Source: Yoonia sp. (lineage in GTDB: Bacteria; Pseudomonadota; Alphaproteobacteria; Rhodobacterales; Rhodobacteraceae). Taken from it: DNA of 64,000 bases. Positions within the stretch are counted from its first letter, which is position 1, and every line of letters starts with the position of its first letter. Both the position numbers and the translations under genes were made by a program. The notes beneath the pieces were generated by a model, which searched no databases, was not told the origin of the DNA, and was given only the letters and a program-made list of their open reading frames with translations. Location of the stretch: the NCBI RefSeq assembly GCF_017854565.1, contig NZ_JAFMHJ010000010.1:9307-73306 (forward strand), given 5' to 3'. Of this stretch, positions 46,555 to 55,671 are shown piece after piece.

Positions 46555-47718
46555 ATGTTTCACGCCTCAATGACTTTTGATCTGGGCGAGGATGTGAATG
46601 CCCTGCGCGATATGGTGCATGGCTGGGCGCAGGCCCGCGTCAAACCCATGGCCGCCGACATTGACCGCAGCAATGCCTTTCCGCCCGCGCTGTGGCAGGA
46701 AATGGGCGACCTTGGCCTGCTGGGTGTCACCGTGGCCGAAGAATACGGCGGGGCTGGCATGTCCTATTTGGCGCACACAGTCGCAGTCGAGGAAATCGCC
46801 CGCGCCAGCGCATCGGTGTCGCTGTCGTATGGCGCGCATTCCAACCTGTGCGTCAATCAAATCAAGCTGAACGGGACTGACGCGCAAAAGGCGAAATACC
46901 TGCCGCGTCTGATATCGGGCGCACATGTGGGCGCATTGGCCATGTCCGAGGCCGGCGCCGGGTCTGACGTGGTGTCCATGTCGCTGCGCGCGGAAAAACG
47001 CAACGACCATTACCGCCTGAACGGCAATAAATATTGGATCACCAACGGTCCCGACGCGGACACGCTGGTGGTTTATGGCAAGACCGACCCTGATGCCGGA
47101 TCAAAGGGGATCACCGCATTCCTGATCGAAAAGGACATGGTGGGTTTCACCACCAGCCCGCATTTCGACAAGCTGGGGATGCGCGGTTCCAATACCGCCG
47201 AGCTGATCTTTGACGATGTGCAGGTGCCGTTCGAAAATGTGCTGGGCGAAGAAGGGCGCGGCGTGCGCGTTCTGATGTCGGGTCTTGATTACGAACGTGT
47301 CGTGCTGGCGGGGATCGGCCTTGGCATCATGGCCGCCTGTCTGGACGAGATCATGCCCTATCTGGCCACGCGCAAGCAATTCGGCCAACCGATTGGGAAC
47401 TTTCAACTGATGCAGGGCAAGATTGCGGATATGTACACCGCGATGAATTCCGCCCGCGCCTATGTCTACGAGGTTGCCAAGGCCTGCGACCGGGGGACCG
47501 TCACCCGGCAGGATGCGGCGGCCTGCTGTCTTTACGCCAGCGAAGAAGCGATGAAACAGGCGCACCAAGCCGTGCAAGCGATGGGCGGGGCCGGGTTCCT
47601 GAACGACGCCCCGGTCGCGCGCCTGTTCCGCGATGCCAAGCTGATGGAAATCGGGGCGGGCACATCCGAAATCCGTCGCATGCTGGTGGGCCGTGAATTG
47701 ATGGGGGCGATGGGGTGA
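46555..47718 (+). CDS. ivd: isovaleryl-CoA dehydrogenase
   Basis: ORF 46522..47718. ATG 46555 follows GGGAG. It is acyl-CoA dehydrogenase-like throughout and its context (mccB, mccA, HMG-CoA lyase) fits leucine catabolism. Confidence 0.9.
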   Translation: MFHASMTFDLGEDVNALRDMVHGWAQARVKPMAADIDRSNAFPPALWQEMGDLGLLGVTVAEEYGGAGMSYLAHTVAVEEIARASASVSLSYGAHSNLCVNQIKLNGTDAQKAKYLPRLISGAHVGALAMSEAGAGSDVVSMSLRAEKRNDHYRLNGNKYWITNGPDADTLVVYGKTDPDAGSKGITAFLIEKDMVGFTTSPHFDKLGMRGSNTAELIFDDVQVPFENVLGEEGRGVRVLMSGLDYERVVLAGIGLGIMAACLDEIMPYLATRKQFGQPIGNFQLMQGKIADMYTAMNSARAYVYEVAKACDRGTVTRQDAAACCLYASEEAMKQAHQAVQAMGGAGFLNDAPVARLFRDAKLMEIGAGTSEIRRMLVGRELMGAMG

Positions 47719-48638
47719 AGGATTCGGACGTTCAAAGGCACGTGGATGATTTGGAGCGTCAATGCCTTGAGAGCTTGGACCCGTTTGCCCATTTCGTCCT
47801 TCTCGATTCCGTTGACACGTTTAATCCGTTGCCATTTGCGATTTCTGATAAGATCACGGGCGAAACAATTTCAGATCATCCAATAAGCGATGTCATTAGG
47901 CTGTCGGAGAGCAAAAGGCAGGATAGCGTAAAGGCCCTAAAGCGAGTATTTCGCTATTTCTCAAGCGAAACCCTCGTTTTGATGCTGTTGTCAGGGCGAC
48001 CACTGGGACCTTTTGTACGGCTCTCAAATGTCCTCCGAGGGAAAAAATTGGATGATACTTTCAAAAGTATTGCTCGGAAAGAAGTCCCGGAAGGTTTTGC
48101 GTTGAAGTTCGAGGGACAACCCTTGTCATTTGAAAAATGGATTTCTGAGAGGATAACTGCCGATCCGGATTGGCTTTCCGAGAACGGGTCCGGACAGATT
48201 GCAGACCTTATTGTGGAAGAGGCCGCAATGCTCTCGAATCGAGGAACGATTAACGCCTTCAAGCATTGCAGACCATTTTCGCATGCGAACAGTCCCGAAG
48301 TCGTGGCTACACCAAAGGACGGAGAGCGTCGACCGCTAAACGAAACTTTGAATGGTATCAATTGGATGGAATGGAAAGAAAACCAAGATACGATCACTCT
48401 GTCATACTTATCCGAAGAGATTGAAGATGGGCACGACCAACAGCGTCTTTTCAGCATCGGGTTGCTTCTGGACAGTCTGAAGCGTTTGCGTCTAGCCCAG
48501 CTTGGGGGAGCCGTTGAGAATTTCGAACTCATTTTGCCCACAGATATGAAAACTGGCTTGCGAGTAAGGCACCAGAAAATCGCGATCAAATACGCTTCGT
48601 CAGAGAGTGTTGAGACACTGCATGGGGCGAATGAATGA
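47715..48638 (+). CDS. orphan hypothetical protein (307 aa) encoded on a low-GC insert
   Basis: The GTG start overlaps the ivd stop (GTGA) and the stop overlaps the next ATG (ATGA). Amino-acid composition is ordinary, but the DNA is visibly AT-richer than both flanks. I recognise no motif. Confidence 0.6.
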   Translation: MKDSDVQRHVDDLERQCLESLDPFAHFVLLDSVDTFNPLPFAISDKITGETISDHPISDVIRLSESKRQDSVKALKRVFRYFSSETLVLMLLSGRPLGPFVRLSNVLRGKKLDDTFKSIARKEVPEGFALKFEGQPLSFEKWISERITADPDWLSENGSGQIADLIVEEAAMLSNRGTINAFKHCRPFSHANSPEVVATPKDGERRPLNETLNGINWMEWKENQDTITLSYLSEEIEDGHDQQRLFSIGLLLDSLKRLRLAQLGGAVENFELILPTDMKTGLRVRHQKIAIKYASSESVETLHGANE

Positions 48639-48934
48639 AACGCTGGATGATCTTCGCACCTGTCGCGGGATTGGCGGTTTTTGCTGCTGTATTGGGCCTG
48701 CGTCTGGGCGGACAACCCAGCGAGACGGATATCATCAACCGTTATGCCGCGGCCTATTTGGCGACAGCGGGCGTGGGTGCCAAACCGACCGATTGCGCCG
48801 CGACCACGCACCCCGATCCAGCGGTGCGGATGGTGGTGACCTGCAGCCATGCCAGCGGTGTGGTGACGACTTTTTTCGTGGGGCGACGGGGCGAAACGCT
48901 GCCGTTTCCCGATCAAGGGGAACCCACCACATGA
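48635..48934 (+). CDS. 99-aa membrane-anchored hypothetical protein
   Basis: N-terminal TM helix [26 protein letters not shown] overlaps at both ends (48635-48638 and 48931-48934). Normal high GC. Confidence 0.5.
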   Translation: MKRWMIFAPVAGLAVFAAVLGLRLGGQPSETDIINRYAAAYLATAGVGAKPTDCAATTHPDPAVRMVVTCSHASGVVTTFFVGRRGETLPFPDQGEPTT

Positions 48935-50493
48935 CACAGGTCGATGCACATTTGGCCGCACTTGAACAGGTCGCCGCTGCTGCTGCTGCTGCCGCCCTTG
49001 GTGGCGGTGAAAAATCCCGCGCGCGCCATATCAGCCGGGGCAAGATGCTGCCGCGTGATCGGGTCGCGGGCCTGCTTGACCCCGGCAGTCCGTTTCTTGA
49101 GATCGGCGCGACTGCGGCCCATGGCATGTACGACGGTGCGGCACCCTGTGCGGGTGTGATTGCCGGGGTGGGCCGCGTAAGCGGGATCGAGGTGATGGTC
49201 GTGTGCAATGACGCGACGGTGAAGGGTGGCACCTACTACCCCATGACGGTCAAGAAACACCTCAGGGCACAGGAGATTGCCGAGAAATGCCATCTGCCTT
49301 GCGTCTATCTGGTGGACAGCGGCGGTGCCAACCTGCCCAATCAGGACGAAGTATTCCCGGACCGTGACCATTTTGGCCGGATTTTCTATAATCAGGCGCA
49401 GATGTCGGCCAAGGGTATCCCGCAGATCGCGGTCGTCATGGGGTCCTGCACGGCGGGCGGCGCCTATGTGCCGGCGATGGCGGATGTGTCGATTATCGTC
49501 AAGGATCAGGGCACGATCTTTTTGGCTGGGCCGCCGTTGGTCAAAGCCGCCACCGGCGAGGTGGTCAGCGCCGAGGATCTGGGCGGCGGTGATGTGCATA
49601 CGCGCCTGTCTGGCGTCGCGGATTACCTTGCCGAGGATGACGCCCATGCGCTGGCACTGGCGCGGCAGGCCATCGCATCATGTTCGCGTGAAAATGCGAT
49701 ACAGGTCAAACGGTTGCCTTCCGAACCTCCGACACTTGACCCGGCGACTTTGTTCGATGTGGTGCCCGCCGATTTGCGCACGCCCTATGACATTCGCGAG
49801 GTCATTCGCCGGGTTGTGGATGGGTCGCGGTTTGATGAATTCAAGGTGCGCTTTGGCGAAACGCTGGTGACGGGCTTTGCCCATATTGACGGCTGGCCAT
49901 GCGGGATTGTGGCCAACAATGGCGTTCTGTTTTCGGAAAGCGCGCAAAAGGGTGCGCATTTCATTGAACTGTGCAGCCAGCGCAAAATCCCGCTGGTGTT
50001 CTTGCAAAATATCACAGGCTTCATGGTCGGTCAGAAATACGAAAACGAAGGCATCGCACGGCATGGGGCCAAGATGGTTATGGCCGTGGCCACAACGAAG
50101 GTCCCCAAGATCACGATGGTTGTCGGCGGTTCCTTTGGCGCTGGGAATTATGGCATGTCAGGAAGGGCTTACAGCCCGAATTTCATGTGGTCATGGCCCA
50201 CGTCGCGGATTTCCGTGATGGGTGGCGCGCAGGCCGCTGGTGTGCTGGCGACGGTCAAACGTGATGCAATTGAACGGGGTGGCGGGACATGGTCAGCCGA
50301 CGAAGAAGCCGCGTTCAAGCAGCCTACGATTGATATGTTCGCGGAACAATCGCACCCGCTGTATGCCAGCGCCCGGCTCTGGGACGACGGCGTGATCGAC
50401 CCCCGCAAATCCCGCGAGGTGCTTGCGCTTTCACTGTCCGCCGCCTGCAACGCGCCCATAGAGGAGACACGCTTTGGCGTGTTCAGGATGTGA
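48931..50493 (+). CDS. mccB: methylcrotonyl-CoA carboxylase beta (carboxyltransferase) subunit
   Basis: ORF 48607..50493, ATG 48931 ([14 protein letters not shown]...). Carboxyltransferase motifs ([36 protein letters not shown]). Confidence 0.9.
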   Translation: MTQVDAHLAALEQVAAAAAAAALGGGEKSRARHISRGKMLPRDRVAGLLDPGSPFLEIGATAAHGMYDGAAPCAGVIAGVGRVSGIEVMVVCNDATVKGGTYYPMTVKKHLRAQEIAEKCHLPCVYLVDSGGANLPNQDEVFPDRDHFGRIFYNQAQMSAKGIPQIAVVMGSCTAGGAYVPAMADVSIIVKDQGTIFLAGPPLVKAATGEVVSAEDLGGGDVHTRLSGVADYLAEDDAHALALARQAIASCSRENAIQVKRLPSEPPTLDPATLFDVVPADLRTPYDIREVIRRVVDGSRFDEFKVRFGETLVTGFAHIDGWPCGIVANNGVLFSESAQKGAHFIELCSQRKIPLVFLQNITGFMVGQKYENEGIARHGAKMVMAVATTKVPKITMVVGGSFGAGNYGMSGRAYSPNFMWSWPTSRISVMGGAQAAGVLATVKRDAIERGGGTWSADEEAAFKQPTIDMFAEQSHPLYASARLWDDGVIDPRKSREVLALSLSAACNAPIEETRFGVFRM

Positions 50494-50498
50494 GCCGC

Positions 50499-52409
50499 AT
50501 GTTTGACAAGATTCTCATCGCCAACCGGGGCGAGATTGCCTGTCGCGTGATCCGCACCGCGCGCGCCATGGGGGTCAGGACGGTGGCCGTTTATTCGGAT
50601 GCGGACGCCGACGCCCTGCATGTCGCCCAAGCGGATGAGGCGGTGCGCATTGGCCCGGCCCCCGTCGCCGAAAGCTATCTGCGGGGTGATCTGATCATTC
50701 AGGCAGCCTTGGAGACCGGCGCGCAGGGGGTCCATCCCGGCTACGGCTTTTTGTCCGAGAACCCGGATTTTGTCGATGCGGTGACGGCGGCGGGGCTGGT
50801 TTTCATTGGCCCTTCGGCCAGCGCCATCCGGGCGATGGGGCTCAAGGATGCGGCCAAGGCGTTGATGGTCAAGGCGGGTGTGCCTGTGGTGCCGGGCTAT
50901 CACGGCACAAATCAAAACCCCGACTTTCTGGCCGGTGAGGCCGACCAGATCGGCTATCCAGTTTTGATCAAGGCGGTCGCGGGTGGCGGTGGCAAGGGGA
51001 TGAGGCTGGCACAAAGCGCCGCCGACTTTGCCGAGGCGCTGGCGTCGGCGCAGGCCGAGGCGCGCACTGCGTTTGGCAATGCCGATGTGCTGGTTGAAAA
51101 ATATGTCACGTCACCGCGCCACATTGAGGTGCAGGTCTTTGGCGATGGCACCGACGCTGTGCATCTTTTCGAACGGGACTGTTCGTTGCAGCGCCGCCAC
51201 CAAAAGGTGATCGAGGAAGCCCCTGCGCCGGGGATGACCGATGCGGTGCGCCGCGCGATGGGCGATGCGGCGGTGACGGCGGCCAAGGCCATCGGCTATG
51301 CCGGTGCGGGTACGATTGAATTTATTGTGGATGGGGCGGGCGGGCTGCGCACAGACGGGTTCTGGTTCATGGAAATGAACACCCGGCTACAGGTCGAGCA
51401 TCCGGTCACAGAGGCGATTACCGGCGTTGATCTGGTGGAATGGCAACTGCGCGTCGCCAGCGGTGAGCCATTGCCCGCAGGGCAGGACGATTTGGTGATC
51501 AATGGGCATGCCTTCGAAGCGCGGCTTTATGCCGAAGATGTCCCGAAAGGGTTTTTGCCTGCGACCGGCGTGATTGATCATCTGCTATTTCCGGATTCGG
51601 CGCGGATTGACAGCGGTGTCGTGGCCGGGTCCGAAATCTCGCCTTGGTACGACCCGATGATTGCCAAGATCACGGTGCATGGGCGTGATCGTGCGACGGC
51701 GCTACGGGGGTTGTCGGCGGCGCTGGATGCCACGCAGGTTGCTGGTACGGTCACAAATCTTGGCTTTTTGCGCAGGCTGTCGCGAGATAAGGGTTTCGCT
51801 GCAGGACGGGTCGATACCGGGTTGATCGCCCGCCAAGAGGCGGTTCTGTGCGCGGTCGCCGTGGCGATGCCGCACGATCTGGCGATTGCTGGCGTGGTTG
51901 CGGCTGGTGTTGATCGTGGCGCGTTCACCGGGTTTGCGCTGTGGGCGCCATTGGCGCGGGACATTCTGCTGATGTATGAGGGCGCGCTGGTGACGGCGCG
52001 TCTGACGATGCAGGGTCCCGACCGCTGCGATGTTGCGGTGGCGGGCGCCTTGGTGTCGCTGACATGGCGCGGCGATCATTGGGGCGTGCCTGCGGTGCGC
52101 CATGGGCGCCGGGTCACGGTGTTCGGCGCGCAAACCCTGACCTTTGACATCGTTGATCCGCTGGACCGGGGCGTTGATGCCATGGGGGGCGATACGGTGC
52201 TGGCGCCGATGCCGGGGCTGGTGCGCGATGTGGCGGTTGCAGTGGGGCAGGCGGTTGCCGAAGGGGACCGGATGGTGGTGCTTGAGGCGATGAAGATGGA
52301 GCATGTCTTGCGCGCGCCGCGTGACGGTATCGTGTCAGCGGTTTTGGTGGTCGCCGGCGATCAGGTGACGGCCGGGGCCTTGATGGTGGCGTTGGAGGAC
52401 GCAGGATGA
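50499..52409 (+). CDS. mccA: methylcrotonyl-CoA carboxylase alpha subunit (biotin carboxylase plus BCCP domain)
   Basis: MFDKILIANRGEIACRVIRTA N-terminus (alternative GTG at 50490). C-terminal biotinylation motif EAMKME. Confidence 0.92.
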   Translation: MFDKILIANRGEIACRVIRTARAMGVRTVAVYSDADADALHVAQADEAVRIGPAPVAESYLRGDLIIQAALETGAQGVHPGYGFLSENPDFVDAVTAAGLVFIGPSASAIRAMGLKDAAKALMVKAGVPVVPGYHGTNQNPDFLAGEADQIGYPVLIKAVAGGGGKGMRLAQSAADFAEALASAQAEARTAFGNADVLVEKYVTSPRHIEVQVFGDGTDAVHLFERDCSLQRRHQKVIEEAPAPGMTDAVRRAMGDAAVTAAKAIGYAGAGTIEFIVDGAGGLRTDGFWFMEMNTRLQVEHPVTEAITGVDLVEWQLRVASGEPLPAGQDDLVINGHAFEARLYAEDVPKGFLPATGVIDHLLFPDSARIDSGVVAGSEISPWYDPMIAKITVHGRDRATALRGLSAALDATQVAGTVTNLGFLRRLSRDKGFAAGRVDTGLIARQEAVLCAVAVAMPHDLAIAGVVAAGVDRGAFTGFALWAPLARDILLMYEGALVTARLTMQGPDRCDVAVAGALVSLTWRGDHWGVPAVRHGRRVTVFGAQTLTFDIVDPLDRGVDAMGGDTVLAPMPGLVRDVAVAVGQAVAEGDRMVVLEAMKMEHVLRAPRDGIVSAVLVVAGDQVTAGALMVALEDAG

Positions 52410-53056
52410 TCCGGTTGCATCATTGCCATCAGACCCGGTCGATGCGCAGCCTTTGGTTGCTGCACGAGATGGGCATTGATTTTGATCTGGTTGTTTATCC
52501 GTTCGACAAGACGCTGCGCGAAGAACCGTACCGTTCACTGAACCCCACGGGCCGGGTGCCGACGCTTGAGATTGACGGCGCGGTTGTCACCGAAAGTGGC
52601 GCCATTGCCGAAGTGTTGTGCGAACGGTTCCCGGCGGCGGGTCTGGGGCGTGCGCCGGATGACGCAGAGCGCATTCCATGGCTGAACTGGATTCATTTCG
52701 CCGAGACGATCAGCCAACATTGTGCCGCACTGACCCAGCAGCACGTCGCATTGCGCGAAGATCAGATGCGGTCACCCATTGTGATGCAGCTGGAGGCTAG
52801 GCGGTTGGCCAAGACATTGGGCGCAGTGGAGGCCGGGTTGCGCGGTGACTGTCTGCTGGCGTCGTTTTCGGCGGCTGATGTCGGGATCGGGCAGGCCGTT
52901 TATATGGCGGCGCATTTTGTCCGGTTAGATGGGTTTCCGAAGGTGGCTGCATGGTTTGATCGGCTTCAGGCGCGCGCAGCATATCGCATGGCGCTGCCGG
53001 ATGAGCCCGGACTTTATCTGCGTGATTTCTATCCACCTTGGGATCTGCCGCAATGA
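52406..53056 (+). CDS. glutathione S-transferase family protein
   Basis: 216 aa. The ATGA start overlaps mccA. The N-terminus is thioredoxin-like (SMRSLWLLHEMGIDF...NPTGRVPTLEIDG..VTESGAI). Confidence 0.8.
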   Translation: MIRLHHCHQTRSMRSLWLLHEMGIDFDLVVYPFDKTLREEPYRSLNPTGRVPTLEIDGAVVTESGAIAEVLCERFPAAGLGRAPDDAERIPWLNWIHFAETISQHCAALTQQHVALREDQMRSPIVMQLEARRLAKTLGAVEAGLRGDCLLASFSAADVGIGQAVYMAAHFVRLDGFPKVAAWFDRLQARAAYRMALPDEPGLYLRDFYPPWDLPQ

Positions 53057-53156
53057 GCGGCTGCGCAGCACGCGATATTTTGTGGGGCGCTGCCCCCGTC
53101 CCGGCACAGGGCCGGGACGTCCCCGGGATATTTCCGCTCGGAAGAAGTGAGGTGTG

Positions 53157-54017
53157 ATGGCGGAGTTTGTACGTATTCACGAAGTGGGTCCGCGTGATGG
53201 GTTGCAGAATGAACCGGGGGTGATCGCGGTTGCGGATAAGGTCGCGTTGATTGACCTGCTGAGCACGTCGGGGTTGCGCGATATTGAGGTGGGTAGTTTT
53301 GTCAGCCCCAAATGGGTGCCGCAGATGGCCGATACGGATCGGGTGTTGGCGGGGCTGCATGCCGTGGATGGCGTGCGCTATGCTGTTCTGGTTCCCAACA
53401 TGCGCGGCTGGGACGGGTTTGTTGCGGCGCGTGTGCCAGGTGTCACCTATGAGGTGGCGGTGTTTATTTCCGCTTCGGAAGGGTTTTCCCGGAGTAATCT
53501 GAATTGCTCCATCGCGGAATCGGTGGCGCGGTTGGTGCCGGTGGTGCGTGCGGCGCAGGCCGCAGGGGTTGGCGTGCGCGGCTATATTTCCTGCGTGACG
53601 GATTGCCCGTTTGATGGGCCGGTGCGGCCCGGTGCCGTGGCGCGTGCGGCACAGATGTTGTGGGACGTGGCGCCCATGCAGTTGTCGCTGGGCGATACGA
53701 TTGGCAAAGGTACCCCGCAGACTGTTGCACGCATGTTGCGCGCGGTGTGCGATGTCGCGCCGGCCACCGCGTTGGCGGGGCATTTTCATGACACCGGCGG
53801 GCAGGCATTGGCCAATATTGCGACCGCGCTGGATCTGGGGCTGCGGGCGTTTGACAGTGCGGTGGGCGGATTGGGTGGTTGCCCCTATGCCCCGGGCGCG
53901 CCGGGCAATGTCGCGACCGAGGCCGTGTTGGAGATGCTGCATGGGCTGGGGTTTGAGACGGGTGTTGATCTGGATGTGATTGGACAGGCGGCCGAGATGG
54001 CGCGGGGGATGAGATGA
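53157..54017 (+). CDS. liuE: hydroxymethylglutaryl-CoA lyase
   Basis: IHEVGPRDGLQNE N-terminus, HFHDTGGQALAN and GGLGGCPYAPGAPGNV. Confidence 0.92.
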   Translation: MAEFVRIHEVGPRDGLQNEPGVIAVADKVALIDLLSTSGLRDIEVGSFVSPKWVPQMADTDRVLAGLHAVDGVRYAVLVPNMRGWDGFVAARVPGVTYEVAVFISASEGFSRSNLNCSIAESVARLVPVVRAAQAAGVGVRGYISCVTDCPFDGPVRPGAVARAAQMLWDVAPMQLSLGDTIGKGTPQTVARMLRAVCDVAPATALAGHFHDTGGQALANIATALDLGLRAFDSAVGGLGGCPYAPGAPGNVATEAVLEMLHGLGFETGVDLDVIGQAAEMARGMR

Positions 54018-54787
54018 TTGATCTGGCGGTCGATGATCGCGGTGTGGCGACGCTGACGCTGGCCCGGCCCGACAAACACAACGCGCTGTCGCAGGCATTG
54101 ATTGATGCGTTGCGCGATGCTGCGGCGCGTATTGCGGCGGATAGGGCGATCCGTGTTGTGGTGTTGGCCGGGCAGGGGGCTTCGTTCTGCGCAGGTGGCG
54201 ATTTGGGCTGGATGCGCGATCAGATGGCGGGTGATACGGCAACGAAACGCGCGGCTGCCCGGTCGCTTGCCGAGATGCTGGGCGCGCTCAATACTTTGCC
54301 GCAGCCGCTGATTGGGCGGGTGCATGGCAATGCGTTCGGCGGCGGGGTTGGCATGGCCTGTGTCTGTGATGTGGCGATTGCCGCAGATCATGTGAAGTTT
54401 GGTTTGACCGAGACCAAGCTGGGTCTGATCCCGGCTACCATCGGCCCCTATGTGTTGGCCCGGATGGGCGAGGCGCATGCCCGCCGCGTGTTCATGTCGG
54501 CGCGGGTGTTTGGTGCGGCCGAGGCGGTGACGCTGGGGATCGTCGCCAAGGCCGTGCCTGCAGATATGCAGGATGCGGCTGTAGAGGCGGAGGTTGCCCC
54601 CTACCTGGCCTGTGCGCCGGGGGCGGTTGCTGCGGCCAAACGGTTTGCCCGGTCGCTGGGGCCGGTGATTGACGAAGCCACTGTCGCCCGTTCGATCGAC
54701 GCGTTGATTGCCTGCTGGGATGGGGATGAAGCCGCGCAGGGGATTGCCGCATTTTTCGACAAGGTACCGCCAGCTTGGATGAAATAG
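54014..54787 (+). CDS. liuC: enoyl-CoA hydratase family (methylglutaconyl-CoA hydratase by context)
   Basis: Crotonase fold (FCAGGDL, GNAFGGGVGMA). ATGA overlap with the lyase gene. Confidence 0.85.
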   Translation: MIDLAVDDRGVATLTLARPDKHNALSQALIDALRDAAARIAADRAIRVVVLAGQGASFCAGGDLGWMRDQMAGDTATKRAAARSLAEMLGALNTLPQPLIGRVHGNAFGGGVGMACVCDVAIAADHVKFGLTETKLGLIPATIGPYVLARMGEAHARRVFMSARVFGAAEAVTLGIVAKAVPADMQDAAVEAEVAPYLACAPGAVAAAKRFARSLGPVIDEATVARSIDALIACWDGDEAAQGIAAFFDKVPPAWMK

Positions 54788-55268
54788 GGCCCTTTGAGCG
54801 TTTGTTGGGGTGATGGTGCAGGGGCGTGTTTGGATAGTCGACCATACTTGCACCCCATGTCACAATGTCGATCGTGATCTTTTCCGAAAAAGATAGGGTG
54901 ACAACTGTGAAGTCAGTCTGGCTGAACCGTGTGAACGCAGTATAATATACTAGAACCTGAACCGCTGGTTGATCGACTGTGCGTACAACATCACTTTTGT
55001 CGTGAAGACTTGCGCTACGGGCGCCCTTTGTCGATATCCAGCGCATCGCATGCGTGGTCATCGGGCTTTTGCATTGCGGCGTTTTTTGCCGGTCCGGCTG
55101 TTGGCGAAGATCAAAAATGACATTTGCCGCGTGTGTTATCGCGAACTATCCCGGCCTTGCGACACCTCTGCCCGTTGACCCCACCGGGACCCAGCGGTAT
55201 GCAACACGCAGCCAACTTTAGGCGCGTCTTTTGGCGTGTCGCGACGAAAGGAATATCCTTTGCCCGAA

Positions 55269-55625
55269 ATGCTATCCGAATATCTGCCGATCATGATTTT
55301 TCTGGGGCTCGCTATTGCGCTGGGCCTGATCCTGATCTTGGCGGCTGCCGTTATCGCGGTGCGCAACCCTGATCCTGAAAAAGTGTCGGCCTACGAATGC
55401 GGGTTCAATGCGTTTGACGATGCGCGGATGAAGTTTGATGTGCGGTTCTATCTGGTGTCGATCCTGTTCATCATCTTTGATCTTGAGGTTGCGTTCCTGT
55501 TTCCATGGGCCGTGGCGTTCAAGGATATCAGCATGGTCGGCTTTTGGTCGATGATCGTATTCCTTTGTGTGTTGACCATCGGCTTTGCATACGAATGGAA
55601 AAAGGGCGCGTTGGAGTGGGAATAA
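55269..55625 (+). CDS. nuoA: NADH-quinone oxidoreductase subunit A
   Basis: ORF 55236..55625. ATG 55269 ([13 protein letters not shown]...) is preferred by analogy to other NuoA N-termini. YECGF and [14 protein letters not shown] motifs. Confidence 0.9.
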   Translation: MLSEYLPIMIFLGLAIALGLILILAAAVIAVRNPDPEKVSAYECGFNAFDDARMKFDVRFYLVSILFIIFDLEVAFLFPWAVAFKDISMVGFWSMIVFLCVLTIGFAYEWKKGALEWE

Positions 55626-55671
55626 TCCCGCTTCGCGCGCTGTGTGTCATGGCCGGTCTGGCCGTGCCAAG

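Noticed and set aside
47954-48961. A 335-aa minus-strand ORF across the low-GC insert.
   Set aside because: It is Ser/Arg/Phe-rich and low in complexity. It runs straight across the compositional boundary into the 99-aa gene and mccB. The plus-strand frame has a balanced composition and coupled start and stop codons.
48974-48988. A (GCT)5 trinucleotide run, considered as a possible slippage-prone microsatellite or phase-variation site.
   Set aside because: It has only five units, and it lies in frame within the Ala-rich N-terminus of mccB (AAAAAAAAL). Length changes would keep the frame, so there is no evidence that it acts as a switch.
52797-54242. A 481-aa minus-strand ORF, one of the longest in the track.
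   Set aside because: It is antisense to the GST, HMG-CoA lyase and hydratase genes, all of which have clear family motifs. Its translation is an Arg/Pro/His/Gln-rich low-complexity string, typical of shadow ORFs in high-GC DNA.
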